From: Selaginella moellendorffii
Taxonomy: Eukaryota > Plantae > Lycopodiophyta
Direction: 5' to 3'
Length of the DNA stretch: 64,000 bases
Assembly: GCF_000143415.4 (NCBI RefSeq)
Contig: NW_003314266.1
Location: 2,366,078 to 2,430,077 of the forward strand
Made by a program: the position numbers and the translations under genes. The notes beneath the pieces were generated by a model. The model ran no database searches. It worked only from the letters and a program-made list of their open reading frames with translations, and was not told where the DNA came from. Shown here piece after piece: positions 12,260 through 26,529 of this stretch (position 1 is its first letter; the number at the start of each line of letters is the position of its first letter).

Positions 12260-12951
12260 GCTTATTTCAAAGATCCAGCGTCTAGGGGATGTGGCCATTT
12301 CAGCTGAGAGCGATCTAGCTTTGATCGACAGTTTCTTTATGCTCAAGTCCTGAGCAATATTGCTCAAAGCCTATGGAAAACGATGTATATTAGTAAAGAA
12401 CTATTGACGCATTTACCTTCAGCGGAAGTTTTTTCTCCTGCCCCACCTTGTCCAGTTGAATGTCCTCATCCCTTTGCCTAGATTTGGGTTGTGGAGCCAG
12501 GATCTAGAAGAAGAAAAGTAGTCATCAATGGACAGAACTCAAGCAAATGGTATGAAACACATGTTAACTTACATCATCTTATGCCTTGGAAGTTACAAGG
12601 CCTTTTTCCTTCAAGGAGTGTTCGTCGGCTTGCTTGATGTTCTTGGACACTGAAGCACTGACCCATTTCTTGCTAGGCAGTGTAATCAGCATCCAGCTGC
12701 TTGCATTCCTCAAGGAATGCATAGCTCCTGAAGAAGGATTGCCTTACTGCAAATGTGCCGCATGGCTGCAAGCCAAGGTTGCCAAATCCGCCTCTTTCGT
12801 CTTCCTTGAAGCTTAGCAGTGCTTGGCCATGGTCGTCATACCTCTCGTGCTGTAGAAGCGCTTGGCCACAGTACCAAGATGGTGCTGCAGTGCCACTCTT
12901 ACGGCCATCAAGAAGCGCTAGCTGCCAGGGGCTGCACCCTACCAAACAAAC
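12260..12951 (-). pseudogene. Spliced gene remnant of unknown function
   Basis: GC-rich exon-like blocks (~12951-12572, ~12505-12416, ~12370-12260) with AG/GT boundaries in AT-rich surroundings; in-frame stops or a frameshift; no family recognised. Confidence 0.35.
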
Positions 12952-14442
12952 CTATGAAATATGAAATCAATGGCTATTAAATTTTAGACCAATTTTACTC
13001 CTGGATTTTTATATATATTAATAAGATCATTTAGATTCCAATATTTAATACACTTTAATAAAAAAAGTTCTAAATTATATAATTTAAAAAACTATTTAAT
13101 TTTATATTTTTAAATTATGAAATTTTTATGTAATAGAGTTGACAAAGATGTTATTAATTTTTATCAGTTTTTCAATACATTAGAAACTATATAAGCAATT
13201 CAAAACTATATCATACGGATTTAAACTGTAAAATTGCTTTTAAAAAACTATCTTATTAACTATAAAGATAGTAAATACTATATCAAAACTGTTATAACAA
13301 ATAACAAACATATTACAACTATATAAACTACTATTGAATCTTTTCTTCAAAACCATCAAATATATATTAAAATGAAGTATTCTACTTTTTATTGTTGATA
13401 TAAACTATATATTTATATGGTTTATATATATAGTATTTTCTTGGGGTTTCTTGTGTAAGTAAAGAAGTTTTATGAGAAAACTTATAATGATTGGAGTGCT
13501 TGAAATTAATTTGTTTCACACTCTAATAAATACATGTTTTGGAAATGGACTACAAAGAGGAAGATATGATGAAATAAAAGGATGGATTTGAGATCCTGAC
13601 TGATTGCATACTTTAACTATGAGATCTTGATTTTCTATTCTTGAAAAAGAAAGAAGTGGTGCATATTATGAAGAAACTATATTATAACTAGTTTCAAGAG
13701 TTTAATTGCAAACAATTTCATGACATGTTGCATATTTATGGTGAGGAACTTGCAAAGCAGTTTAATTATATAAAATATCACTTTTGCAAGGAGATTCTAC
13801 AATATTAGGGAGAATGTAAAGCTTATATCTTTTATGTTGTCTCAACAATATAACGTTCATTATAGCATCAATTCACGTTAACTATCTAGTAGTGAGTGGG
13901 GCATGCTTAAAGTTTTTGGATGTGGCTACATCTACTATTTCAAAGGTAAAAAATCAATCTCCAAGAGCTTGACCTATAGTTATTGCTATTAAAGCAATAA
14001 ACAAGTTGATTCCTCAAAATTTCTTGTAGTCAACTTTAAACACTCTAATGCTTTCACCTCATCAATTTAGTAAAAGCACTAGATAGCCTTTTGGCACTTA
14101 CAAATAAACAAAAGTAAAACTTAATCAATTTGAAATATTATTTTGGGCTTACTCTAAAATATCTTTACAAGATGCAAATGGTGATAAAGAACTCTAAAAG
14201 GAAAAATATATATTTTTAAGACCCTCAAATTTCAATGCAATTTTAAAGCTCAAAAACGAGTTCAAAAACATTGTTTTTCTGGAATAAATCTAAGTTGAAG
14301 CTAAAGAATGAAATCATGTTTTCAAAATATTGATGGATTAAAATTTCATTAAGTTGGGTATGAATTTGCAATACTTGTGGGTATGTTTTGACCACATATA
14401 TAGAATTTATAAGTTGTTTTTTTATATAAAGTGCAATCCTCT

Positions 14443-14570
14443 ATAAGCTCCTTGAATTTAAATTTCCTTGGAGATCACCTAGCCTAATACTACTTAAACC
14501 TAAGGACATTTAACCCCAAGTATCTTAATACCTTTAACTGATTGAAAAAAATGGTGCACTCTTATTCATG
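14443..14570 (-). repeat. 5S-rRNA-derived LTR-end repeat, copy A (degenerate)
   Basis: 14462-14514 aligns with copies B and C and with the reverse complement of the 5S internal control region. Confidence 0.6.
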
Positions 14571-15532
14571 TTCTTGTTCATGTCACTCTTGTCATTATAA
14601 CTATATATTATATCATATAATTACTATAACTATACTTTATATTTGTGTATGGATTTGAGATATAATTTATTGTAGTTATAATAATATCTAATATTATATA
14701 ATAGTTTATAGTTACAAACCTTCTCTAGATTTACTATGAGTGGCAAATAAGCTAGTCCATAGCTATTTAGTATGGCATTAATGGATCCTTTCAAGGCATG
14801 ACATAGAAGAATTCTCACCTTTTTTGCTTTTCTCTCTTCTTCTCTTATGCATAATTATTAATAAGCTTCAACATGAAAGCTAATTTTTCCTTGACATGCA
14901 TGTTATAATGCTTTAGATGCCTCTCTTTAAACTCAACTACAACCTCGGTGGGGGGAAGGCATATCATTAGAAGCTTTCTTCATAATAATATGCTAAACCA
15001 TTACACAATACTCAATCTAGTCCAAAAGCATTGCAACCAATGTTTCGAACAGCAACCAAGAAACCCCTTGTGCTACTGAAGAAGTTAATGATACAATCTA
15101 AAAGCATCACACAACCATGGTCGGCCAAGGCTTGAGACTTTGGCAAAAAGGATCACTGGTAGAAAATATTAAAGGTATTTTCTTGTTTAAAAAGAAATAC
15201 TTACCAAATTTGGCATCCAAGGTAATTCAGGGCATCACAATGAAGAAGAGTCCCATTATCCCCCCCCCCCCCCCCCCAAGCTTTGATGAAGCCAAAGGGA
15301 AGTCAAAGATAACCAAGTCTAAAAAGTCTTGGTTATCTTTGGAGGTCCCTTTTTGGAGCCTCGCCTTTTGCTCCCTTCGTGCTCGTTCCTCGAGCACTTC
15401 GTTGGGAGTTCCACTCCCGCTCTTGACTTTTCAAGTCGGAGCTTTTGGTCCAAACGTGATACGCTCGTTTGGCTCTCGCTTCGGCCACTACCATGTGGCG
15501 CCCTTCCGGCTCCACTTTGAGGCCTAGGGATT

Positions 15533-16147
15533 TTGTGTCTCACAACTACACCCACCAAAAAGAAGAGCCGCAAAGAGCAGAAAGAGCAAGAAGAGGCAGC
15601 AAAAATCGTCGCAAATAATAGTACTTGTTACTATTCCAACAAAGTATATACAATCGACGTGAGCCGTATCGAGATCCAAAGCAAATACAACCACAGGCTA
15701 GTATCTGATGAGTGGGTGGAGAAACTGAAGCAGAAGATGCTGGCAAGTCCAGTAACACTCGACATCGCAGACGTGATCCCCTACTACCGAACAATGAAGG
15801 GCGAGACGAGGTTTCCAGACTTGATCAATATGTTGGACGATCAGAACATCCGGTTCTATGCCGTCTCCGGGCAGCATTCTAGCTTGGCGATGCAACAGAT
15901 AGTTGTGGATATTATGGTGGGCGAGGAGGTAAAGAAAGTCTTCAAGACAAGAGTTGTCCGCCTGATAAAAAGCAACTCGCCCCTCCGATCTATCATATAC
16001 ATCTCCCACGCGCAGAATGTCAAGCAAGAAACGTGCTACAAATCGGGTCTGCACGAGACATTGGCACGAACACGGAAGCTCTGGATTCAACTGAAGAAGC
16101 CAAAAAAACCAGGACAAGGACGTGCACTAGCAACTAGCACCTGGCAG
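15533..16147 (+). CDS. Exon encoding a ParB/sulfiredoxin-like N-terminal domain (gene fragment, probably mobile-element associated)
   Basis: Open GC-rich frame with YTIDVSRI...NHRLVSDEWVEKLKQKM...FYAVSGQHSSLA; ends at donor CAG|GTAAG (16147/16148), followed within 10 bp by an LTR. Confidence 0.55.
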
Positions 16148-16155
16148 GTAAGCCT

Positions 16156-18450
16156 TGTTGCATATGGCAACTCTCCAATGGTGCTTCCAAATTAACTTAA
16201 GGTTGAGGCGAGGGCTTAGGGGCCTTGGGTGGGAGTGAGCATGGACTCAGGTGATGCCGGAGGGGCCACCCAAGGAAGTGTTTAAAAGCAACTCCCACTC
16301 CCGAAAGGGAAACAGATTGCAGTGCTCTTGGCTTATGTGGAGTGGTGCCCCACTTAAATACCTTGCAACCCATTGGTCCTCATCCTTTTTATGGGCTTAG
16401 GCCTTTCCTTTGGGATGGAAGTGGGGGAATAAAGGTACCCATACTGGGTCGTTAGGCCACAATGTTTCCCCCAAATATCCTGAAGCAAGTGTTGCACCCA
16501 AGGTTTGGGATTTAAAAGGTCCCATGATTAAGTCTTGTTGTACCAAATGATGTTAAAATCTTAGAGGTTTGGTGTGCTTGGTTGCTTGTGCCTATGGGGA
16601 GTGTAACTGAACCTCAAGTTTAGTCTAACTTAGGGAGGGGGATTGAGAGAAAATTTGAAAATCTGTGGATGGATGGCTAATGCTCTATTGCTCATATAGT
16701 GAGTTGCTGAAATCAAATAGGACCAAGTAGGAACTAATACAATAAGCAGGAACCTTGGTGAACAAACTTAACTAAGGCCAAGGTTGTGGTGGTCAGATAG
16801 ATGAGGTAAGCTAGCAAATTCAAAAGGAAAAATTTGTGGCTTACAATTTGGTATCAAAGACTTTTCCTTAGTTTTAGTGAAGGATAGAGGTAGATTGTTG
16901 GGAGATGGCTAAGGTAAGGCATAAGAGAACCAAGGTGGAGATGAAATTTCCTCTAAAACTAAAGCCTTTAGTTGAACAAAAATCTATGAATGAGGAATCC
17001 TTGCATAGGAAAGACTCCAATGAGGAAACTTCCAAACAGAAGTCCGGTGGAAAGGTTCAATCATCCAAGGCTTGATTGGACATTTTAGAAAGATAATTGG
17101 CACAAACCAATGCCCTGCTGTTTGGAGGGGACTGAGGTGGAACCAAACAAGGTTGAATAAACTAAAGTGGAATCAGTCCTTTAGACAGTTCCCAAGTACA
17201 AATCAAAGCTCCCACCGGTCTTCAAGGGAGTGAATGATTATAAGATGGCAGAAAATTTGTTTTATGATATAAAGGATTACTTCTGAGTGGTTCGGTTACA
17301 AAGCTCGAAAAAAGTCCTATATGTAAAACCATACTTAGCAAATATTGCTAAGTCTTGGTGGAGAACAATAGAGGCTAGTGAAGGACTAGTGGCCACTTGG
17401 GAAATGATGAAGGTGAAGATCTATACAACCTATGTTCCGCCAAATGCTACTTTGCACCTAAAGGATAAGTTGAGTAGGCTAAAGCAAGTAGGAATAGTTC
17501 AAGAGTATGTGAATATGTTCATTTTGAAGAGGATCCTTGTCACAGACATGGGTGATATAGATGCATTCCATGCCTTCATATCAGGTTTGCAGACCTGGGC
17601 TCAAGGCGAAGTGATGTGTTGGAACCCAACCAATTACAAGGAAGAATTGAATGCAGCTATCAAGGTGCATTTCAATGATAACCTGCAAAAAGGGAACACA
17701 ATAGGGTCAAAGCCCACATTTAGCAAAAGAGCTAAACCAAAGAGGACATATGGCAAAGGGAAATTCAAAATTAGTTTCTTTAAGAATGCTCCAATTCTGA
17801 AAAGGCAAATTCAATGGCCAGCGAACAAGTATATAGGGGAGTCAAGCAAAAAGGGACAAACCCCATAGATAAAAAAGTCAAGTCTGCTAGTAGCGTGGGA
17901 AATAACATATGCTTCAACTGTGGTGAAGCAAGACATTTTTCAAGGGAATGTACTTACCCGAAGAAGGCCAAAGCCAATATGGCCATTAAGTCGGGTGAAA
18001 CCCAAATTGAAGTACGTGATCTAGTCCTTAGCTCAAAATTACTTATTACACAAGCAACTTTGGTAGAAAGTTGTTTGCGATATCTACTAATCCTATAAGG
18101 GAAGCTCAGATCTTTTGTTAAGATCTTTATTAACACAGGTGTTTCGGATAATTTTATGACTACATAAATAGTCTGGCAGCCGGACTAACAGTGCAGCGGC
18201 TAGGTGAACCAAAAACTATAGAGTTTGTTCAAGGTACCTAAAGCACTAATGAGGTATTTCAATAAGCAAGAGTTGAAGTATAGACATAGAAAGTAGATAT
18301 AGATTTTACCGTGTTGAACATGGCAGGATTTGACATGATCTTCAGAATGGATTGATTTAATCAGTTTGTGATAGCCTTGCATGAACAAGGTAGGAACCTT
18401 GTGGTATTAGCGAATGCTCGAGGAGAAAAATCTAGGGTGGAGGCTCAGGA
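16156..18450 (+). mobile_element. Truncated Ty3/gypsy element: LTR (~16156-16845), PBS, gag with zinc knuckle, decayed protease
   Basis: LTR end TTACA at 16845; PBS TGGTATCAAAG (16849); retrotransposon gag AKSWWR...LKQVGIVQEY; CFNCGEARHFSREC knuckle; protease remnant. Confidence 0.85.
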
Positions 18451-19197
18451 GTGTTATATTAGATTGTTTTAATACTTGAAATTACTTTGGTAGAGTATCA
18501 AAAACCATTGATATCAAAGTGTTTAAATTGTTAAGAACTCATTCTTGAGAGAAGGGAAAACAACAGAAACTAAAATATTAAAACACTGGAAAAGAAAAGT
18601 GGTTTTATATTGAATACTCTAAGTACAAAGTCCTCAAAACCCTACTTTTATGGTTAATTTAGTTCAACCCCAATCTAATCCAAAAACCTAATCCTAATGT
18701 CCATCCATACATGTCATAATTAAATGACTCCACTAGTGATCAAAACCTTCTATATAACAAATCCCATGTGTAAAAGTTTGAGGTTCAATTCTGCAATGGT
18801 TAATAATACTGAATATATTCCTTAATAAGTACAAAGAGATAAAAAAAAAATGATAACGTTACTCAAAATTAGATAAAGAGTGAAAGAGTGATATATATTT
18901 GAAGTGCCTTGTAAATAATTATCACATGAAAACTTCCCTCCCATCCTCTATACATGGAGGATCATATATATATAGGCAAGTAGGACCTGACTCAAAAATA
19001 AACTATTAATGCTTGCAAATGGTACAGCAAATTATTCTTGGCTGGTTTGTTATATATTTATAAAATTAAATTAAATAGTATAAAAAAATTTGTTGTTATT
19101 ATTTATGCTTATAATTATCCTTAAATATTATTTTATACTTATTTTAACCTAGAATAAAGAAATACTTTTACAAACATCTAAATTATAAATTTTATTT

Positions 19198-19993
19198 TTA
19201 AAATTCACTTTTCTATAATAGTTTCTGTATATTATAGTTATAGGAAATTATAGTTCAGTACCCTGTATCTTCAATTGTTAAAACTGCAGATAAAAAATAA
19301 TTCAAACAAAAGATATTATTTTTCCATTTTATATATTTATTTTTATCTTTTATAACTAAATTACCATCAAGTTGAAGATGAAGATAACAAAACATATTAT
19401 ACCTTTCTGATTTTTAAGACCATATGATTTCTTTTGTAATAAAATTTTCAATCTCTAAATTACAATTTTTTAAATTTGCTCTAAACTTTTTTTTTTGAGA
19501 TACTAAACTATTACCATTTAATATATGTGTGCCAATAAATTTTAATGGACCATTTATTATTTGTGTGCGATATGGCCAACATTGCATATCAATTTTAAAA
19601 TTCAATAAATTAGGAGGTGGATTTTGATCATCAGGTAAACCTTTTGGATATTGAACTATAGGATATTGTTCATTAGGATTTCTTTCAGGATTTCCAAGTG
19701 CAACATAATCCACAACAAAATATCTGTATAAAGTTCCAATCATTCCTAAAGGATATGAACGTGCATGATATGCTATCAATCTTAATATTTGCAAGAATAT
19801 ATTCTGAATAACTTGGGTATTAAGTTGTAAATTAAAAGGTTGTGGATTACAATTATGAAAGTTTTTTAATCCTGTAGGAATAACATAAAGTCTAATCATC
19901 ACTTGTTGATAACCAATTTGAATGATCTTATGAAGATAGAGTTCACTATTGGAGATTGTAATTGGTTCATCATATTAAAAGTTTAATTTCATC
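19198..19993 (-). pseudogene. Lectin-fusion family copy 3 (5'-truncated by an LTR element; premature stop)
   Basis: Near-identical to 50237-51043; TCA>TAA stop at 19414-19416; small deletions; signal-peptide region replaced by the LTR starting at 19994. Confidence 0.9.
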
Positions 19994-22900
19994 TGTGAGG
20001 GCCAAGTGTACGGCTACAATGCCGTATATTAATATTAGCATAGTGGGATTTTGGTAGCCGTCGGATTGATTTCAATCCGGACCACTCGCTCCTGTATTAA
20101 GCTAGGGTTTTTGGGTTAATTGATATGCACATTTCTGTATTCCCTTTCCATATTCCATACACTCACATTGGTGGAGATGAGGGGCACTTCTGATTGTCCC
20201 TGGGGAGTGCTTGGATTTGGGATTTCGGTTTAAATCTAGCTTTTGCATCGTCTAAATCTAGTTTTTTCCATTTCCTTTCTTTTTTTCTTTCCATTTCCTT
20301 TCTTTTGTTCTTTCCTTTCAGGATTTTGGTTTAGATCTAACTTTTTGCATTGTCTAGATCTACCATTTCTTTCCAACTTTTTGTCATTTCTCTTCTTTTG
20401 CTCTTTCTTTTTCGTTCATCTTCATGGCTGATCTGCAATCTCCTCCTTTGACTCTAGAGCAGCAGTTGGTTCAATTGTTTGATGCTATGCGCTTGCAATT
20501 GAACAACCAAACTCAATTGATGGCGGCATTCACGGCACGTGGTCCAACTCCTCCTGCTCTTGGTGCCAATCCTCGCATTTGGCTGGAGTTCTTTTGTGGG
20601 AATCCTGGGGATGATGTGTACCATTGGTTCGATCACTTCACGATGATTGCCACATATCATTCTTGGGATGATGCTCGATGTTTGCAGGAGTTTCCCACGT
20701 GTCTCCAAGGGACGGCGTTGCAATGGTACAATGGATTGAGTGCGGCCACTCGTGGGGATTGGAATGTTCTTCCGGACGTCTTCAAACGCACCTTCAAACA
20801 TGCTGACGATTGTGACGATGCCTTCCAACAATTGCATCGTTTTCGCTAAGGGCCATCTGAGTCGGTGATGCAATTTGGTGTTCGTTTCTGAAGTCTTTTG
20901 CTTCGTGCAGAGCCCAATATGTCGAAGCGGATCAAACTAGGAATGTTGTGGCCAGCACTTTGTCAAGATCTTGTCGGACTTGTGCATGCACTTGCTCCTG
21001 CCACTCTTGACGATGCTCTTCGCTTGGCACAACGTTATGAGACGTCGCCTTTTCCACTTCTCACTACACATCCTTCAGTTCCACTTCCTATGAGTGATGG
21101 TCCTGTTCCCATGGAGGTTGATGCTGCTGCTACTCGAGTCCAAGGACAAGGGCGAGGATGTGGTCGTGGCCGTGATGTTCATTGCTGGGCATATGATGAA
21201 TTTGGTCATACTTATCGGTGTTGTCAGCGCTTTCCGGATTGGCGACCTCCATTTCCTGGGTGGAGACCTTGGCGTCAGCAACATCCCGTTGGTGCTGCTG
21301 CGGTGGAAGGTTTGGATACCGAGGTGCATCCAGGAAATGAGGAGTCGCACGAGTAATGGAGGGACCTTACGCGAATAAGTTAGTAACCCCTCCATCTTTC
21401 TTTCGGAAGTATCATCAAGGGGTTCACTCGGCACCGGTTCATCCAGTGTTTACTTTCCAAGCTCGTTTTTATAACAAAAGGTCTCCTATTCTTCTCTCCA
21501 TGTTGGTTGATACAGGTTCAAGTTTATCTTCTATTGCTCGACCTGTTGCCACACGTTGTCATCTACACTTGCGTCATGCGGCGGATTCAGTTTTCATTCT
21601 TTATGGCAACGGTCGTACACATGCATGTGCATGAGATGAGGCAGACTTGGTTGTGCGGGTGGGCAATCTCGAGCTTGAGTTGCAGTCGTTGCAGGTGGTG
21701 CCGAGTCAATCTTTTGACCTCATTCTTGGTATGGATTGGTTACAGCGCAATCATGCCAAGTGTGACTTTGAGGCTTCTCCCCCTTGTCTCATACTTCTTT
21801 ATGTTTCATCCATTCCTCTCACTTCCATACCTCTTCGTCCCTCTACTTCTACCTCTGCTTCCATTACTTTTGTTCCCCCACTATTTCCTCTTGTATTTCC
21901 ATTTTGTTCTGCTCTTCCCTTTTCCTATCCCTCCGATGATCATTGTGTTGCAGCTGTTGACCAGCTCATGAAGGAGTATTTTGATCTCTTTGAATTTGAC
22001 CTATCGTCTGGGGCCAAGATTGCCACACGTCATCCCATTCCAACCGGGGATGCTCGTCCAATCAAGGTTCTTGTTCGTCATCGGTCACCCAAGGAGATCA
22101 AGATTTTACGTGCAAATGTCAAGGAGATGTTGGAGAAGGGTGTTATTCGGAAGTCGCGGAGTCCTTAGGCATGTGAACCTCATCTTGTGACGAAGCCTGA
22201 TGGGAGTATTCGTTTCTGCATCGACTATCGTCCATTAAATGAAGTGACGATCCCGGATGTGTACCCTCTTCCTCACACTGCTGATCTCTTGGATCGTCTG
22301 GGGCGAAGTCATTGGTTCACCAAGCTAAATCTTGCTTCTGGATACTGGCAAGTACCGATGGCCGACGAAGATATTCCTAAGACTGCTTTTCGTACACTGT
22401 TTAGTTTGTACGAGTTCTTGGTGATGCCGTTTGGTTTGAACAATGCTCTAGCAACTTTCCAGCGGATGATGGACGAGGTTCTTTGTGATATGCCAAAGGT
22501 GACTGCTGACTTCATTGATGATGTCTTGATTCACTCGGAGGGGACGTGGGCAAAGCACGTTTGTGATGTGTGTAAAGTGTTGGATTGGCTACGGGATGTT
22601 GGTTTAAAGCTGAAGCGGTCAAAGTGCGTGTTTGGGTCCAAGGACACAACTTATCTTGGGTACTATATTTCTCGTGAGGGTTTGCAAGTTAATCCTGACA
22701 AACTCGTAGCCGTTCTAAAGTTCCCTACTCTGAAGTGTGTGAATGATATGCAGCGCTTCCTGGGCAAGGTGCAGTATCTTGGTCGTTTTGTGGATCATCT
22801 TTCTGATCGCACTGCACCGTTGCGAATATTGCTGAAGTCATCAACGTCATCTTTCATCTGGTCTTCAGATTGTGAGTGGGCGTTTGTGGATCTCAAAAAG

Positions 22901-23562
22901 CTGTTGATGACTCCTCCGGTTTTGGCATATCCTGACTACACTCGACCTTTTATTTTGCGCATTGATGCTTCTGATATTGGTCTTGGAGGTGTGTTAATGC
23001 AAGAGAGCCCGAGTGTGCCTGGTCAGTGTCATCCCATTGCATATATAAGCCGTACGTTACAACCAGCAGAGGTGAACTACTCCACGGCAAAGAAGGAGTG
23101 TTTAGCGGCAGTTTGGGGTTTCGAGAAACTTCATGCATATCTACATGGTTCTCAAACGTTACTTGAAGGTGACCATGCTGCCGTTATTTCATTATTGAAG
23201 CGGAAAAACCTAGTTGGTTGTACTGCTCAGTGGGCTTTAAAGCTTTAGATATATGATTTTGATGTTGTTCATCGCCAGGGAGTTCTATGGTTGATGCTGA
23301 TGCCCTTTCTCGAGCTCCTCTTCCTTCTCCACTTTCTTCTCATGTTTCTGATGAGCCTATTATTCTAGCATCTGTGGATTTTCTAAACGAGGATTCAGTG
23401 CCGTCGGCAGTTGCTGTACTTGATGTTCAGTATCCACAAGGCGCAGAGCAAGATCTACCTTCTCTTGATGAGATTCGCGAGGCTCAAAAGATTGAGCCGT
23501 GGATTCAAAGGTTTCAAGATGCATTTGAGGATCCTACATCACTTACTAATGAAGAAAGGTGA
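19994..23562 (+). mobile_element. Ty3/gypsy element with a short (~174 bp) LTR and tRNA-Ala-type PBS; gag-PR-RT-RNase H; 3'-truncated before integrase
   Basis: LTR TGTGAG...CTCACA (19994-20167); PBS TGGTGGAGATG (20169); gag (PVPMEVD), protease LVDTGSS, RT FCIDYRPLN / MPFGLNNA / FIDDVL, RNase H IDASDIGLGGVL; several stops and frameshifts. Confidence 0.92.
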
Positions 23563-23910
23563 TAATGAACTTTTTTATGAAAAAAAATCTAAAGTAGCAT
23601 AAGAATTAACAAGAAATTCACTTTGCAAGATTAGGTGTTTTAGGAAATAAATATGATCAATGAGAATGAATGCTATAGTTCACAAAAAATAAAGAGTGAT
23701 ATATCAAAAAGTGTTGAAAAATGTTACAAGCAAACTTAACAAAAGGAAGAAAACCATCTTAATTATTTTTATTTAATTAATAAAGGTTTTGTTTAATATT
23801 TTGATAAGGTTTTAATATATTTATATATATATATAGGGCCACCAAGGACCTCAATCTTAACATGTGATATGATTCCCTTAACTAACTAATAGAGTTAAGT
23901 GCAAGACTTC

Positions 23911-24045
23911 TCTAATACCATATATAAACTCCTGAATTTAAACTTTTCAAGAGGTCACCCAGCCTAATATTACTCAAACCCAAAGACCCCTAAGTATCCC
24001 AAAATTGTTAACCGATTGAAAAAGAAGATACATTTTTATTCATGG
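23911..24045 (-). repeat. 5S-rRNA-derived LTR-end repeat, copy B, with an adjacent Met-type PBS
   Basis: 23942-23985 is 5S-like; TCTAATACCA (23911-23920) reads TGGTATTAGA on the minus strand just past the repeat end. Confidence 0.6.
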
Positions 24046-25594
24046 ATCCTTTCCTTTTATTTTTGAAATCATTCTTTTTGGTTGTTTATAGAATATTAAA
24101 ATAGTGCCAAACTTTATATAGCTCCATTTATTTTGTATATTAGGAGTGAAGGAATAAAAGCATAAAGTAATATTGGATTAGTCCCAGTGATTTCAACATT
24201 CCAATGCCAAGACTAATATTCATTGATTTTTGCATTATAAAATTTATCTTATGGATGTGTTAATGAGGAGATTATAAGTTGTACCATAAGTTCCTTAGTG
24301 TGCTTTTGAACTTTTGCTTCTTGGTTTTAAACTCAAAAGTTTATCTCTATCCCTTTGCTTAATGGCTCAAGGCTTTAAAACTCAAGCCTTACTTCATTGC
24401 CTTTATTAGTGTTATGTTCTGCTCTATGGTTATTACCATAAGATAAAAGATGAAAACCATGTATATTATATTAAGTCACCAGTATACTAAAATCTCTATG
24501 ACTATTCCAATGTTATTCCTTACTCTTATTCATTTGCTCTTTAGTTGTATACTTAGAAGTTACTTTATACACATATTATTTTGCTCCTTAGTTATATATT
24601 CAAGAGTTTAGTTTTGTCCCTTCGATCAATAGCTTAAAGCTCTAAAACACAAGCCCCATTCTATTACCCTTGACACACATATCCAAAAGTTAGATTTTAC
24701 TCTATGGTTATTCTAACCATTTAAATAGTAAAACATCTAATGTTAGATAGTAATTTACTATAGTTAAAATGATTATAAAAATATTTATTAGTTTATGGCA
24801 CACATCCTCAATTGATCTCAAGCTATAGTGCATGTAGTTTTCACCTTTTATAATAGTTAAATAAGGAGAACCTTTACTTCAAAATGATCCACAATCACAA
24901 TAAGCTAATCTAAAGGATTTGCCTCTATAAATATAACTCATCCTATTTTACGTGCACTACACTCACACCCCTATTCCTTATAAAACAACTAGTCATCCAC
25001 CTATATTGTAATCCAATACAATAAATACCTATTTTAATTTTATTAGTTAACATTAAATATATACCATTTGCTTTGATACCACATATAGTACACTTTATCT
25101 GTTTTACCTTAAGCCAATTGGAAAAGGGGCAATTGCTTAATAAGAGAGCATTTAATACCTATTTTATTCCTATACATCCCCCAAGTTTTTAAGAATTCAC
25201 AATGTTAGTATATCTAAAGTTATCCTCTAATCAACAATAACAAATTGAATACAACTTTAATAATAGAAAATCATACAAAAAGGAGCATCTTTTATGATAA
25301 TTTATATAAGGGAGAGTGATTTTCAAAATGTCCTAAATAAAGTGATAGTAGAAATTTCTAAAGCCAAGTTAATAATAAATATTACAAAGAGGTTAAGTGT
25401 TACTATTTAAGAATGGTGAAAACTTTGGTAAGATTTATAATGATGCCATGTGAAGAAATAAAAACTTTATTGAGATTTAATTAAAAAATCATTTCTAATA
25501 TCATAAAAAGGTTATATTGTAGAAGGTGTTTCAGAACAAGGTGAATATCATAATTGTGTTTTTTTTGTCTTAACAAAATGTTATTAAAGTAGAT

Positions 25595-26521
25595 TGTCGC
25601 AAATGTGACTATGGGTATTGAAAGCTATTTATCGATTAATACTTTTGGATATTTTTTCCTATGGAAAGAAGTCAATATTGTGTTTTGGAGTTAATTTGGC
25701 ATTTTGAGTGTACTTAGACCAGACAAACATAAAGACATAATTTCTACATGCTATTAGCTAAACATATTTAACCTAGTAAGGAGTTCCTATTTTATTTTGT
25801 CTTGCATTAGCTAGTGACAAAAACCTTTATGTATTGAGATTAGTTCCTCAATATCACAAAATAATAATTTACTATATTTGCTAAACACCCTTACTATCAT
25901 TCTTCATATGTTGGTCCAATTTGGTCCCAATGCCTATTTATAGAAAGTTTTTAGATTTTCTAGTTAGGATTATAAATGGAATGTAGAGATTGTCTTGAAC
26001 ATGATGATATTGTTCTTGCATCCAAATTTGCAATCTAACACTATTTTATATTTAGTAAATTTTCATGATTGCTTTAAAGACTAACTCTTGAGACTAAGGT
26101 GAAAGCCTCAGCTTGGGTATAAGCTCAAGCTCTATACCATATTAGCTGGTGGAGTACTTATATCTTTACATTAAGGCATTGATATGCTAAAATAACATTA
26201 GACTTTGTTTAGCATTGTTTTGCATATTAGTCTTGGCATTGAGATATTCAATGCTTTAGGATTGTTTTTATGTTGCTTTGTGCTCCTGTCTCTCTACTTG
26301 TTAAGTTGAATGCTCATAAGTCATCCCATGCTTTGGTTCTTTTGCTCTTTGATTATATAGTTAGGACTTTGGCTTTATCCCTTCATTTAGTGGCCTAAAG
26401 TTTTAAAACTTGGGTTCCAATTTATTGCCTTTAGACATGTGGCTAAGGGTTTAAGTTCTGCTTTATAGTTATTATATAGTAAATCATCATAGGATAAAGG
26501 GTGAAAACCATATATGCTACA
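25595..26521 (+). mobile_element. Old, AT-eroded solo LTR of the 3791-4934 family
   Basis: Starts TGTCGCAAATGTGAC and ends CATAGGATAAAGGGTGAAAACCATATATGCTACA; colinear with the 3' LTR; flanks TAGAT/TAGAA (4/5 TSD). Confidence 0.8.
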
Positions 26522-26529
26522 TAGAAAAA

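Noticed and set aside
13440-14240. Coding-like decayed stretch
   Set aside because: Too many stops and no recognisable motif to name a family.
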